Assembly: GCA_002269645.1 (NCBI GenBank)
Contig: NIVC01000653.1
Location: forward strand, 1-30,685
DNA from: Macrostomum lignano
Taxonomy: Eukaryota
DNA: 30,685 bases
Direction of reading: 5' to 3'
A model generated the notes under the pieces. The model made no database searches. It was not told the origin of the DNA and saw only the letters and a program-made list of their open reading frames with translations. Positions within the stretch are counted from its first letter, which is position 1, and each line of letters opens with the position of its first letter. Below, piece after piece: positions 1-13,200 of this stretch. Made by a program: the position numbers and the translations under genes.

Positions 1-17
1 AAGTAAAATATTTTCAG

Positions 18-170
18 GTGATCGAAAAAATCCTCGAGAATCCAACGGATTTTGGATTCGCCGGCCAGAGACGACAAGACCGCACCTCATTGGCACAACA
101 ATCTGCGGCTTATCAAACTTGGCTGATCACTGCGGCGCCGTTCGAGCCTATTTTGGCGGAGGCCCCTGCG
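18..170 (+). CDS. possible upstream exon of the RNF213-like gene (3' boundary uncertain)
   Basis: The acceptor ttttcag|G at 17/18 opens a frame (VIEKILENPTDFGF...). No recognisable motif and the donor is not resolved. Confidence 0.3.
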
Positions 171-863
171 AGTACTTCCAGCTTAGAAAAAACTAATTTC
201 TATGTCACTTCCGCCCACTTCGCTTGAAGAAATTCAAGCCTTACCAGACAATGAACTGTGAGTTACTGCTATGAGGTTATGAGATTTTTTTAGCATGTGG
301 GATTTCAGTGTGAAACTATTTGCCTGTTAAGTTTTAGGAACGCAAAGTCAACTTAGGTTAGGTAAGAATATATTTGACCGCAGCAGTCGGCCGTTAGTCG
401 CGATAAAGGCATTCAGCTTTTTAGCAACTCGGCGTAAAAATTGAAAGCCGTACTGTACTGTATTCGAGCTATGGAATTAGCCATCGACCATGAATTATAA
501 CTCATACGCTCGTATTTCATAAATTGTCAGCAACAGCAACAGCTCGAATTATAAAGTCCGTTTTTGATAGATTATTATTACTTACGCCAAATTATTTACT
601 GAGTTCTATTAAATTCTGTATTTAGTTAAGTTATTCAGAGGTAGACTTAGATTTCTGATGGTTCGGTGGAGAAAGGATATTAAATAACACAAAATTACAC
701 GGAGGAGTTGAGCAGCAAGGTACTCTGCAAAGTAGTAACTGGGAGTGCAACATTTAATACAAGCATATTTGATTGCACACTATTTTTCATTGTTGTCTTA
801 TTATCTTATCTTTGATCTTGTCTGGAAAAATGTGTGACTAATTACACCGGCATCGCATTGCAG

Positions 864-1085
864 ATCGGAAGTGTCAAAATCGGTGCAAAAAATCATGGAT
901 GAACTTCTTGACAAAAACATGCCAGACTTAGCGCTACAACTGGTGCCTGCTTACCATCTAGTTGTACTCGCTGCGATCCTAGAAGTAGACAGCATATTCT
1001 GAAAGACCAGAAATGGGACGAATCAAAACCGAACGCATGGTTTGGCTTGGCAAGCAAATTTCAGTACCATTCGCGAGGCTCGGGA
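864..1085 (+). CDS. probable N-arm exon of the RNF213-like gene (3' boundary uncertain, probably frameshifted)
   Basis: Acceptor ttgcag|A at 863/864 is followed by SEVSKSVQKIMDELLDKNMPDLALQLVPAYHLV, then in a shifted frame HILKDQKWDESKPNAWFGL. Composition is coding-like between AT-rich introns. Confidence 0.4.
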
Positions 1086-1493
1086 AGTGAGAATTGGTCG
1101 AGGCTGAAGAAATTTCAAATATAAGGTGGGGAAAATATTTTTGCCTTTCTGTAGAAGATAAAATTTGCTTGATTTTTAAAAGACTACGGCTGGTGCTGGG
1201 TGCGAGTATATACTGAATACTAAATACCGTAACTTAATACGCTAGCATTTATGGGAAAAATCCAACCTTCTGGCAGAATTTTTGAATATCTCGACGGTGA
1301 AGAGGGCTGGGGACTTGATTCTTGTTTGAGAAGGTGCGCAACAAAAAGTTTAGCCCGTGTTCTTGAATTTAAAGAATTGAGTTCTTGAAAGTTTAGCCCG
1401 TTCCGGCGCAGCAAAAAATTATCAGTCGGGAATCCCCTTAGTAGTTCTACTGTTAATTGACACTAGACGTAGAACACCAACTGTAATTTTTAG

Positions 1494-4292
1494 CATCGAC
1501 TTCAATGCACTGATGGAGCTGCTGAATAGATTTGGTTCAGTCGACTCGCTTCTGAACCGGTTTTGCGCGGGAGTTGTCAAACAGTCCAATTTAGAGGCCT
1601 TCCTTAATGCTCCAAACGTAACTCTGGACTCGAAGCTAGCTCTTTGCTTCCGAGTCTGCCAGGAAATGGGAAGCTCTGATGACGAACGCGTTCTAGGTAT
1701 AATAGAGGTAAGAATTAAGTCTCCTGTACACATCTTTCGCTTCGATCTAGGAGTCGCAGGTGAAGTGGATTGTACGCTCGTAAGCTTTTCATTAGGGTCG
1801 TGAATTTGAAATAAAGTAGAGCCAGATTAATGCAATCAATTTTTAAGATTTCCTTTTTTTGCAATTTTTTAAACCTTTTTATGAGGAGTTGAATTCTTAC
1901 AATGCCAGGCACGCCCCTCTCAATTTTAGATGTTTCTTGATGAGTGTCAGGATGCCGCCTGCAGTGCATCAACAGCCACCTTAGAGGAGCTGCTTCTGAT
2001 TTTCCCATCGCTAGTAAAACTCCTTTTGAGGAGTCACAAATCGATGGCGCCTTTACAATTGCAGAGTATGTGTTTCGCATCGCTCAATACTTACTTGCGA
2101 TGCCTTTTGAAGCTGCGCTACTCCCAATCTACTGGAGTCGAAGCCGGTTCTAAGGATGAAATTTCAAAGTTTGGAGACCTGCTCAACCAATTAATCAAGC
2201 ACGAGGTTGACACTTTTAACCAGCAGTCGTCAATAAGTGTTGAATATTCACATGAAATAATCAGCATGTTCCTGCAGGTGAGAAACGATGCACAAGATAT
2301 AATTAATTTCATTCATTGCTAGTAAAATCTATTTCTCTGACCATAGTTTCCTCGGTCATTACTACAATCCCCATGCTTGAATTTCAGCGCTTCGACAAGT
2401 TTATGGGACTTCTGAGCACAGCCGGATGTCTGACCGAAGAACTGGTTGATCTGTGCAAGCAAAAGCTAAAATCCTTTATCAAAAAATTGCCAGTAGTGAG
2501 TGAGCTGCTTTGACTGATTAGTTTCCATATTCGTAAATTCGTAAATATATTCGTAAACTCATCCCACGTAGGTCTGTAATTGTTTGTGATGTTGCAATTA
2601 ATGAGTTTAGTTGATTTTGCTGGCGATTAAAATTGTGTTTGAGATTTTTTAAGTGAAATTCCATATACGATCTACGAGTACTTTAAAGTTAACTACGAGC
2701 TTATGATTAGGTACTTATACGTACTTATGATTAGGGACGGCTAATTTTAAACACTACTCTGTATAAAATTTAAAATAAGTTCAGTACAGTTTAAGCATTT
2801 GTAAAGGCTCAATTAATTGCGAATGGAAAAAGCTCAGGCTTCCACTTAGCCTGGTGGGCTATTATATATTGTGATCGATCGATATGCAATACGATGTACA
2901 TGATGCTAGAAGGGCCAAAACTCAAGCCGATTGGCTGCAGAGGGGAGAAGAACTGAATGGGGTGGGGGTTGAAATATTGCAAGGGCCGAAGGGTTAAGTT
3001 GGCTGGCGGAGAGAGAGTACATTGAACAGCGGGGCTGACAAGAGCGCACAGCGCACGGGACCGGCTCGCAGCGTTGAACTTTGATGGGTTTAAAATTCAA
3101 TGCAAGATTTTTGCACCTCGAGCGCAAATACCAGTTTTATACTATAGTAAGAGCTATAGTGTTTGCAGAGACACACCAATAGTTGCTCAACTGCTACCCA
3201 TGAATTATGCGTTTCAGGAAGCAACGATGGAAATCTTTCAAAGCGAAGGAATCATGGCCTTGCTCAGCTCAAGAACGTCAGAAACAATTCTGGAAGTTGT
3301 GATTCAAAATTTGAAACAGAACACCAAATCATACTTTTGGACTGCAGTGGTATGTGTCTCAGCGAAATGAACTGTGACCCCGCGAATGGGGAATTTTTTT
3401 TGTGTGCGAATTTGAATTTGCTCTATAAGCATCTGCAACCCGCTAATAGCAAATCCTTCATCTGGTTCACGCGGCTTGCATAGCTAACGACCGCTGTCCA
3501 CTTTGCAATCGTTTTTCGTGGAATTTTTTGTAATAAAGTCTTTGTACTTTCTTATGGCTCAATAGCTACGAGTGCAATACTTTCTGGGAGAGGCTGATTG
3601 ATGAACTGGATAAATAAATTCTAAAACATCTTAATTGCAGGACGGATTCGGCAATTTGCTCGCTAGCCTTTTTGGGGCAAGCTCTGACTCCTCTTCCAGC
3701 CATATTTTTTCTGAACTATCAAGCCTGATCGAGGACACAGAAAAAGGTGATTGGAACAGGCCATGGGACATCAGCTTGCACACAGCCATGACTCTGGAGT
3801 GGCCTCTGGCTCAGCCATTGCTATGCTTTCTAGGTAAGCGGAAAACTTGATGAATGAAAATCTAGGCGCAGAATATTACGCATTTATGTGCATGAATGAG
3901 TATAATTATTGTCATAAATATGTAAACTGGCAACTCTTCTTTTATTAAATACGTAAATAAAATATTAAACAATTTGTCCCCAACCAGACCCCAATGCGGC
4001 TATGGTACAACTTACTCTCAATGCACGAACAGCACTGGAGAAATGCAGACACGATACGGAAACGCTGCTTCGCGACTTGGAAACAGAACCTCTTTCCAAG
4101 ACGGTCGGGGCTATTCAATACTTGGCCAGACACAAGGCCAGCCTGAAAAAGGCAGCCAATGTATTGAGGCTCAGTAGCGACGTCGACAAACAGATTTTCG
4201 GTGCACAAGAATGGAAAGCAGCGTACGACAATACTGTCAAAAAGTTGAGGAATTACATGCTCTGCTACAAAAGACGCTCTGCTCCAACATTG
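1494..4292 (+). CDS. RNF213: six N-arm/helical-region exons of the RNF213-like gene
   Basis: Each exon has a pyrimidine-tract+AG acceptor and a GTAAG/GTGAG/GTATG donor. Phases chain correctly (0,0,0,0,1,0), e.g. CTA G|gtaagc...ccag|AC CCC = Asp-Pro. Confidence 0.7.
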
Positions 4293-7200
4293 GTGAGTTT
4301 AATTCTTTTATTGATACGCTGGTATTAGAACAAAAACGAGGCAGTGCATATAGGCTCAGTTTGCAGCACACATGTAGCATGTAGCACGTGTACCTGTGGC
4401 ACCTTTATTTGCTCTCTCGATTCTTCACGAATCCACAGAAAATCGCTCAGCTTTCAAATTATGCTCGCAAATTGAAAACAACTATCGAAACCAAAGATTG
4501 GGCTGGGTGCAGGTGGTAAAGGAACAAGGTTATTATAGGCACCCGTGAATGGAAAGCTGAAGTTGAATTCACAGCAATTTATCGAACTTTTGTGAAAGTG
4601 AAGAGCATATGCTTAACTCAGAACCGCCCCAAGAACACCTTCGAAACAAAATAAGTTTTATTAGTTCAAAATAGCTAGCTAGTAAATTTACAAATTCAGA
4701 AACAGTTTCGCAACCAATGCTTACTATGCATGCATTTGCCACCCATTGCAGTCGAAATTGAGGGTTTCCGAAAAAAACTTCTCGAAGTGGAAGTCCGAGA
4801 ATGTAAAATTAAAGAACTCGTCGATACGGAATTTTGTTTGAACCGACTGCATCTTGCGCGATTCCCAGAGCTGCAACCGTTTCTGAATCATTTGGAAACT
4901 GCAGTGCTGCCGAAAATACATCGAATCAACCAAAGCAGCACCTTTGAATCAATATTCGCAGAAGTGGCTGGGTGCAAATTCAGAAGTGGAGGCGAAATCA
5001 AGCTGCCAATATCCAAGCTCATCCCTTGCCTTTTAGAAGCGATCGATGAATGGGAGGCCAAAATTGAACGGCTAAAATCTGAAGAAGCTACGTGGGAGGC
5101 TGCACAGTTTCTCAAATCGCTTTTTGATCGTGAGGAAGAGCTGGTCAAGGAGCTCAGCTACCGTGCTACTGAGGGTGAGCCATGGGTCGAAAAGTTGGCA
5201 GAAAAGCTGAATCGAGCACAAAAGATTCTAAGGTTTTCAACTGCTGCTGCGGCTGTCCAGAAATCGATGGAGAAGCTAAAGATTCCCTGTAAAGATGACA
5301 TTCTAGTGAGGGTTCAGAAAACGGCCAGTGGAATAGAATCAGAAGCTTTGGCAAAAGTCAATACTGATGACATTGATGAGTTTATTTTTCTAAAAGAGTT
5401 TGCCGAGTCACCAGTTTTTGAACAGTTAATGGCTGCAGTGTCTAGCAGTTCTGAACTGATTGAATGGCTGCCCCAAAACATTCAAAATGGTCCACAGCTG
5501 AAAACTTTCCAGGATCTAGCCATGATATATCTAGGAGACTCGGGCGACCTGGAGCAAAAGAAGATTGAGGTTTTGGTCCAAGTGGTAAACGACTTTCAAG
5601 AAATTATCTACGGAATTGAAACTTTAGTCTCAAATGAAGAAGGAGAGTCACGGAATTCCTTGAACTTTGCCGACCTGTGATGGAAAGGCTGCAGAAAGAA
5701 CCCAAGCGAATTGAAGATTTGACCAAGACGGCTAACCAGCTCAAGTGGATCAAAATAATCAAAGAGAATCAGGGCTCCGTAGAGAGGCCCACGCTGGAGA
5801 AAATCGAAGAGATCTTCAAAAGTGGCAGCTTTCAAATCGGCTGTTTAGTGGAAAACACGGATCACTTTCTGCTCACAACTACCAAGGAAAGCAAGGCTGA
5901 TGACTCTCCCAAAACCCAAAGTAGGGCCGAGTTCACGCTTGCAGATGTCAAAGACTTACAGTCCAAGCTGATGCTCATTGCAGGCAGCGCTTACGAAAAC
6001 AAGCTCTTGCTAGACAGCTTCGTGAAACTAACGGAAGGAATTCTTCGATTGGTTGAGGTTTACAAAGACTTTCGTGCTCACTGCTGCTTGCTCTGCGAAC
6101 AGATCGACATCGTAGTGGATTTAGGCAGTGCAAAAGCTGCTAAGGACCGCTCGACAGAAGCGGGAATAGAAAAAGTAAAAAAGGACCACAACATAAATAT
6201 TGAGCTGCGATACTGCAAGCCCCACAAGTCGATCGGGTGTCATTACAGTGACATAAATGAGGGGCTCACACAACTGTCTAACGTATTTCATTCGTGCTTG
6301 GTAAAATGGAAGGAGGTAATTACTTCTTCTAGAACAAATCGTGACCTTCATGAAATTAATTTTTTTACGCTGAAACAATTGAAATTCTTGCAAAATGAAC
6401 TGGCAAAATTTTTTACCTCTGCAGCACAGAGCCAAGTTGATGATCGAGTGCTCCACCTCCTGTCATACATATGTCCGGCGTGTACTCCGAAAGAAATTTG
6501 TAAAGCAGTTGATTTCGTGGTCATAAAAAAGGCTGGTGGGGATTCTGATGCGAATGAGGAAAATAGCGGGCATAAAGCAGCCGTCAGTTTATTGACAGAT
6601 GAAGGATACAATGAGGAAGTTATCGACAAGACGCTGAAAATCTTTTTAGAAACTTTACTGTCGAAGAAGATAATTGGTCCCAAAACCTTATTGAGCTTGC
6701 TGAAAAGGTTGAAAGGACATCCGTCGTGCAAGCCGAGGAGAGTTCAAGAAAGGACTGGAGTACAGCTGACCATGAACTTTCCGCTGCCGAAGTTGGCGGC
6801 CTTCCCGTTCATGAAGCCTTCGAAAAGTTGTGGGAGATTTACCAAAGAAGCATTGACAAGTCTCACAAGGATTTCCTCAGTTTCCACGATTTATCGATGG
6901 TGCTGAGACGCCTATCCGAAAATGAAAAAAGCCCAATTTCTAAGAGAAAACTAAAGCCTGAATTTCAAAAGCTTTTTTCATGTAGTGAGCCAATAACATT
7001 CGTAATTAACTACAAGGACCAACTGTTAGCAACATTGGATTTGTTCCGCTCAGCATACGATAGTCTTCCTCAGCTGGAGGAAGTTCTGGTGTGCTCTGAC
7101 CAAACTACAGAAGAGGATGTGTCGGTGTTTATGCACCGATCCGTGCTGGATCAGAACAGCCAGGCTCTGTATGTGATTATGGGGGCTGAGCAGCTATCCT

Positions 7201-10200
7201 ATCAGAATTCTGTCTTCGCTGAGGATATTTTTAGCCGGCTGCTGGATCTGGTGGAAGGACGAACGAAAGCAAAGATTTTCGCATTGATGGCCGATGATCA
7301 ACAGCGAAACTTTCCGTTCTGCAGCATCCTCGCTTCCTTCATTCAGGATTATCCAATAATTCCAAATGAGAAAGACATTCGCGATTGGACAGCTAAATTT
7401 CTAAGAGAACAGACACCTGAAGAAAGTAGTTTTGTCTGGGTGACATCATCCCACCAGGCTTCAGGAATGGGTAAATCATTGATGTGCTCGCAAATCGCTA
7501 AGAAGAGAGCACCTGATCAAGACCCAGCCATCTTTAGTTGCAATGACACCCATCTGGATGCGGAAAAGCTGCATGAATTCCTTAGCAGCCCGCTGAACGG
7601 GGGCTCAGCCGTCTTTCACATCGACATCGCACGAGAGGTTCAGACAGGTTTTGATGTGTGCATCACCCAGATTGCGATTCTGGGGGGAATTTCCAGCTCT
7701 GCTGGTTTTATCTGGCGACGTGGATTTAGCCAGCGTTTGCTTCTTCTTGAGCACTCTAAAAACCTCCACTTTAATACAGACTTCCGAGTGCTGAACTTTT
7801 TGCCATGTATTCAGTGCAGATCACCTTCCGAAATTCTCGAAGCCATCGCTGATGGTAAAAGTGACAATGCTTGGGAGCCGCTGTTGAAGGATGAGTTACT
7901 TACGTCGGATTCCATCCGAAAACCTGTTAAATACTTACTTAATAAAAAGGATCGTCGAACGGTACAGCTCTCTGCCAAAGACGTTGTGAAGCTGCTTGTC
8001 GAAAATTGTGGGATCGAAAATCCATCCTGGCAGGAACTACAAGTTTTCAGCAGATTTTTTTGCCGACAAATTTCCGACATGGAGAAATCTCCGTATTGTT
8101 CAGAAATTGCTGGTTCCGAGATTCAGGGATTCCAGGAATTTGTGTTGAAATTCATGCTTATAATGTCAAAGGACTTCGCTACACGCTCGCTTAGCATCTC
8201 CGATGAAAGTGGAGGAAGTCAGATATCAGATGGAAAATTCACGGACAGTCCTGAAAAAGAAGACCTGCAAAATTTTCAATTGAGGCGCCGCTGGGAACAG
8301 AATTCTCACCCGTATCTACTTTTTAACGAAGATGGAGCGACGTTTACTTTTGTAGGATTCACTATAAATCCCGCCGGTGATCTGCTGGATCAGAAGCGCG
8401 CAGTCATTCAAAAAGGAATTATGTCTCAACAGCTGTACAAGGGCCTGCATCGACAAGGGGTTCACCTGGATGAAGCCTTCGATAGCTTGCCTCGTGACGA
8501 GATGATAAATAAAATTCGAATGGTTTTTGGATTTGACAATCGTGCTGCGTCAACCGATCCTGATCTTTCCTATGAGCTTACCACGATAACGCAATGAAAA
8601 TGCTAGCTATTTACATGCGTTTCAGATGCGAGATCCCAGTTGTTCTGATGGGAGAAACTGGCTGTGGCAAAACAAAGCTGGTCGAGTTTCTGTCCAAGCT
8701 CATGCTACCCGAAGGACACCCACCGCTGAGCAATATTAGAATTCTAAAGGTTCATGGAGGTGTTTCTGAAGCAGAAGTGGTAAGTACACTAAGGGAAGCT
8801 GAGAAACTCGCCGCTGAGAACTTTAGTAAATCCAAAAGATCGCCTTACACCATTGTGTTTTTTGATGAGGTAAACACCACAAGTGCAGTTGGACTCATCA
8901 AGGAAGTCATGATAGACGGCCGAGCTCATGGAAAGCCAATCGATTTTTCAAAAGGACTTCGTTGCGTAGCAGCCTGCAATCCTTACCGAAAGCATTCCGA
9001 GGAAACAATTAAGATCCTTGAGAACAGCGGTTTGGGCTACCGAGTTCGGAAGGAGCAAACAAGCGACAGATTTGGCACCGTGCCAATGCGGCACCTCGTT
9101 TATAGAGTCAAACCGCTTCCGTTGTCGTTTCTCCAAGTGCTGTGGGACTTTGGAAATCTCACCGACGAATCTGAAAGAAAGTATATTGACAGAATTATAG
9201 AGTCTCGGAAAACTGCATTCTCTGAACCAGCAGCTTCTGAAAAAGAGCTGAACATTCTTAAGAATGCTATAGCAGCGTCTCAACGGTTCATGCGAACTTC
9301 TTCCGACGAGGCAAAATTTGTTTCCCTCCGAGATGTGGAAAAGGCGATGAAAATGCTGGAATGGCTCTATCGGAGTGAAATAATTGACACCAACTCAAAA
9401 GAGTCCAAGAAATGCAGCCTTACAAAATTCATTTCAGCGGCAGTGATTAGTCTGGCGGTCTGTTACCACAGCCGTCTACCCAAAAACAGACAGCATGAAT
9501 ACCTGAGGATTATCAAGCAGGTTGCATGTACCGATTCCGTGACAGAAGGAGACATCTCAGACTTTATTTCGGCCGTCCAAAGTAATTTGGTCAGTGATGT
9601 TCAACTACCAGAGTCCATCGCGATGAACGAGGCTCTTAGGGAAAACATTTTCACAATGGTGGTGTGCATATCACTGCGAATTCCTCTTTTCATTGTTGGA
9701 AAACCGGGAAGCTCAAAGTCGCTTGGCAAAGCCATCGTTAAAGAATTAATGCAGGGACAAAATTCGCAGGGCCAGCATTTTAAAAAGCTGCCGAATACAC
9801 AAATGTTGTCTTTCCAATGCTCCCCGTGGTCAACATCTGAAGGCATTATTAGCACATTCACACAAGCTGCAAAGCTTCAAGTGGGCAGAGATGAGAATGA
9901 TTCGCTTCTGTTGTTGTACTCGACGAAATTGGACTGGCTGAAGACAGCCAAAATATGCCACTCAAGGCTCTGCACTCTCTTTTAGAGGAGGGAGTGAGTT
10001 TGAGGCATCAAATGAATTCAGAAGTACATGATCAGCAAGCAAATACTATGACAGGCCAGACACAATATGTCAGAGTTTCCTTTGTTGGTTTATCTAACTG
10101 GGCTCTGGACCCTGCAAAGATGAATCGTGGTCTTTACATCCTTCGAGGCGTGCCAGCACATGATGACCTCATAGAAACGGCAAAGGGAATCTGCAAGGAC

Positions 10201-13200
10201 AAGAAGCAAAACATAGTCTCCTGCTTGGATCTGATTACGAGATTTTACTTCAAAATATGCGATGAAACGTGCAAGCAAGTTGAGTTTTTTGGTCTTCGTG
10301 ACTACTTTTGTCTAGTAAAGCACTTGGTTTTCAAGACGAAAGGCAAAAAAGTTAATAATAGAATAATTTTGGAGTGCCTTTTGAGAAATTTTAGCGGCTT
10401 TAAAGACTTAAACCCCACCACGCTGCTTGATCGCAAACTAGAAAGCGTTGACTTAACGGAGCTACAAGGCTATTCGCCAATTCTTGACTCACTGAGGAAA
10501 TCTGATGATGAACAGCGTTATCTATTATTTATTACGCAGAACATGTCAGGCTTCAAGGTTTTATTAAAACTGTTGGACAGCAAATGTCCGAAGTAGGCAT
10601 TCTCTATGCCAGCAGCTTTCCAAAGGACCAGGAGTACTCCAAGATGTGTACAGACATTAACAAGATTAAGGTTAGCATGGAGCGGGAGGAACTCTAGTTC
10701 TTCTAAACATAGAAAATCTTTACGAGTCACTATATGACGCGCTGAATCAGTACTACGAGTACTGCGGACAAGACAGGTTCGTTGACCTTGGCTTAGGAAC
10801 TCATCGTCTCAAGTGCAAAGTGCACAAGGAGTTCCGGATTATCGTCATTGCGGATCAAAGCACCGTCGAAGAAAAGTTTCCCATTCCCCTGATCAACCGC
10901 TTGGAGAAGCACAAGTTGAGCACAGAGGCAATTTTGAATGATGAGAAACGATATACCATTAGGCAGATCCTAGAATGGGTAGAAAAAATGAAAGCGTCTG
11001 GCGAACAAGGTCTTCAAGATATCTTTGTTGGGTACCACTCTGATGTTGTCCCATCATTAGTTTTCGAGCTGGAGAAAGTTGAGAGTGCGAAGGAAATGTT
11101 GCTGTCTGTTGTGACAGTTGAAAGTTTAGTGCAACTAGACAGGACTGATCTTTCGAATGAAAAAGAAGAGTTGTTGCAGAATCATTGCAGAACAAAAGGA
11201 TTGCTGAGCCTGAGAGCGTTCCTCACAAACTTCGAGTTTAAAAACAAGAAACCACTTTTGCAAGTAACTACCTACGACAGGCTGATGTCAATCAAACAAG
11301 TGAAAGAATTTTCAAGAAACTTTCCAGAAAAACTCGGTTCTTTTGAACACTGCTATTTAAGCAAGTTTGAATCAGAAACACAGTTTTGTGAGCACCTACG
11401 TGTCTTCTTTAAGAATGATAAGCGATGCACTTTGCTGCTCCAATGCGAGGGAGCAAGCTCTAACTATCAAAGCCTTATTTCATGCGTTAAGTACCTTATA
11501 GAGGAGAATATCAAGTCCGGAAAGCAAGGTGAATCCTTGCCTGATTGGAGAGTCATTCTGATTATCAAGCTGCTACGATCGCAAATGGTCCCATTCACCG
11601 GGCTGGAGGGTGGTCTCTGGAATTCAGTGCACATTGAGGAACTAGTATCCTCTAACAGAGTGAATATTCATCATCTTGATGGTCTGCCCATGTCTAAAGT
11701 CGTTTCGAAAAGTAGTGAAATCGAGGAACCTGCATGCATGTCCGAAACGGGCATGTCAGAGAAGCCTGTGAATTTCGGACTCTTGCTTCGCAACTGCCAA
11801 TATGCTGCGCTTAGCCGGCTTAAGGACCCAACAAGCAGCGATAAACGTCTTGGAAACAGGCTCCAGACACTCCAACAAGTGCTAAGTGGTAGGTGTATCT
11901 TCAAATTTTATTTCCGAATTCTTGAGGTTATGGATTTAAACTTTCTCAGTTCAGGCCGAAGTCAAAAAGATTTCCTATAAAATATTTTAGAACCTAAGTT
12001 TCTGTCTAAAGCAAATGACGTCGTCAGTGAGTCCCTGCGGTGGAAGGAGGATTCGTGGCAAGCTACTTTTACGCCAAGCCAGTGGCTCAGTTTCGAGTCG
12101 GCAAAACTGATCAACGTGCGAAACGCAGGAAATCTGACGTGAGTATGACAATTTTTAATCTATCTAAACTTAGTTCGAATCTTAATTATCAATGCAAAAA
12201 ACAATTACAGCGAGAGCGCCTGGAGAACCATTAAACGAGAGGCTTCCCATGCTTTTGCCTGCTTTCTAGCCTTTACCGACAGGGATGGAAACTTGAAAAA
12301 CTACTCTAATGAGCTAAAAGCTCTTTGGTTGGATTTGCTTGGTTGTGCGTTCTTTTGTGACATTGAATTCAAGAGGTCATGTGAAGATAAAATGAGAGCC
12401 CCTGTTGAAAGTGCCGAATTTGAAGTAACAAGCTCAGCAGCAGACAATCACGACTTCGACAGCCAATTTCCTTTTTCATGGGCAGTTCTGGAGCGCATGA
12501 GACGCCTGATGGAGGTAGACCCGGATCGACTGGTAGAACTTTTTGGGGAGTCCGATTTCGGAGAAATTTTAAAAAAGCATGACTTCGATGATGCTTTGCT
12601 ACTTAAATATAGCCAAGACATGCTTAATATGCTTTTACTAGAAACTGACAGCGAGTCGGTGACACAAGTGAGTCGAATCCTCGTACAAAGCCCTGACATT
12701 CAAAAGGATTCATTGCCTAATGCTCTGAGTAGCTGCCTTCTAGTGCTCCAAAGATTCAAGCAACAGGTACAGCTACTGCTGAAGTTGAAGAGCCAGATCA
12801 AGGATCTAACCCTAAATATTGCGGAAGTGCAGCGACTGGAAGACTTGCCGGATGTAAGTTTGCCTTGATGTCAATTTTTAAGAATTTCGACCTGTCTATT
12901 TTCTAATGTTTTATGAGCTGTACGGGAGAACTGTGTGTTTCAATTATTCTACAATTTTAGGTTTTGTTCACCTCTTTTTACAAGCACTTTGAGAAAAACA
13001 AAACTCATCTCAACTCAGCTGAAAATCGAAAATTATGGCAAGCATGGGTTACAGACTCCGATGCGGTGATCTGCCGACTTCTGTTGAAAAACGGAAATGA
13101 AGAAATGCAACTTCAGTGGGACCGCATTCAGTGCGTCTTCATCTTTCTGACGGAAGTCGTGAATGCGTTCGATTCTGAAGCCCACATCGAAGAATCCGAC

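Noticed and set aside
2880-3130. GC-richer intronic patch containing AAGGG|TTAA (piggyBac-like end)
   Set aside because: No matching opposite end or transposase remnant was found.
5675-10690. Programmed ribosomal frameshifting or tiny introns as an explanation for the RNF213-like breaks
   Set aside because: There are no XXXYYYZ heptamers in frame and no GT-AG pairs of the right size and phase. Six or more serial shifts would give negligible full-length protein.
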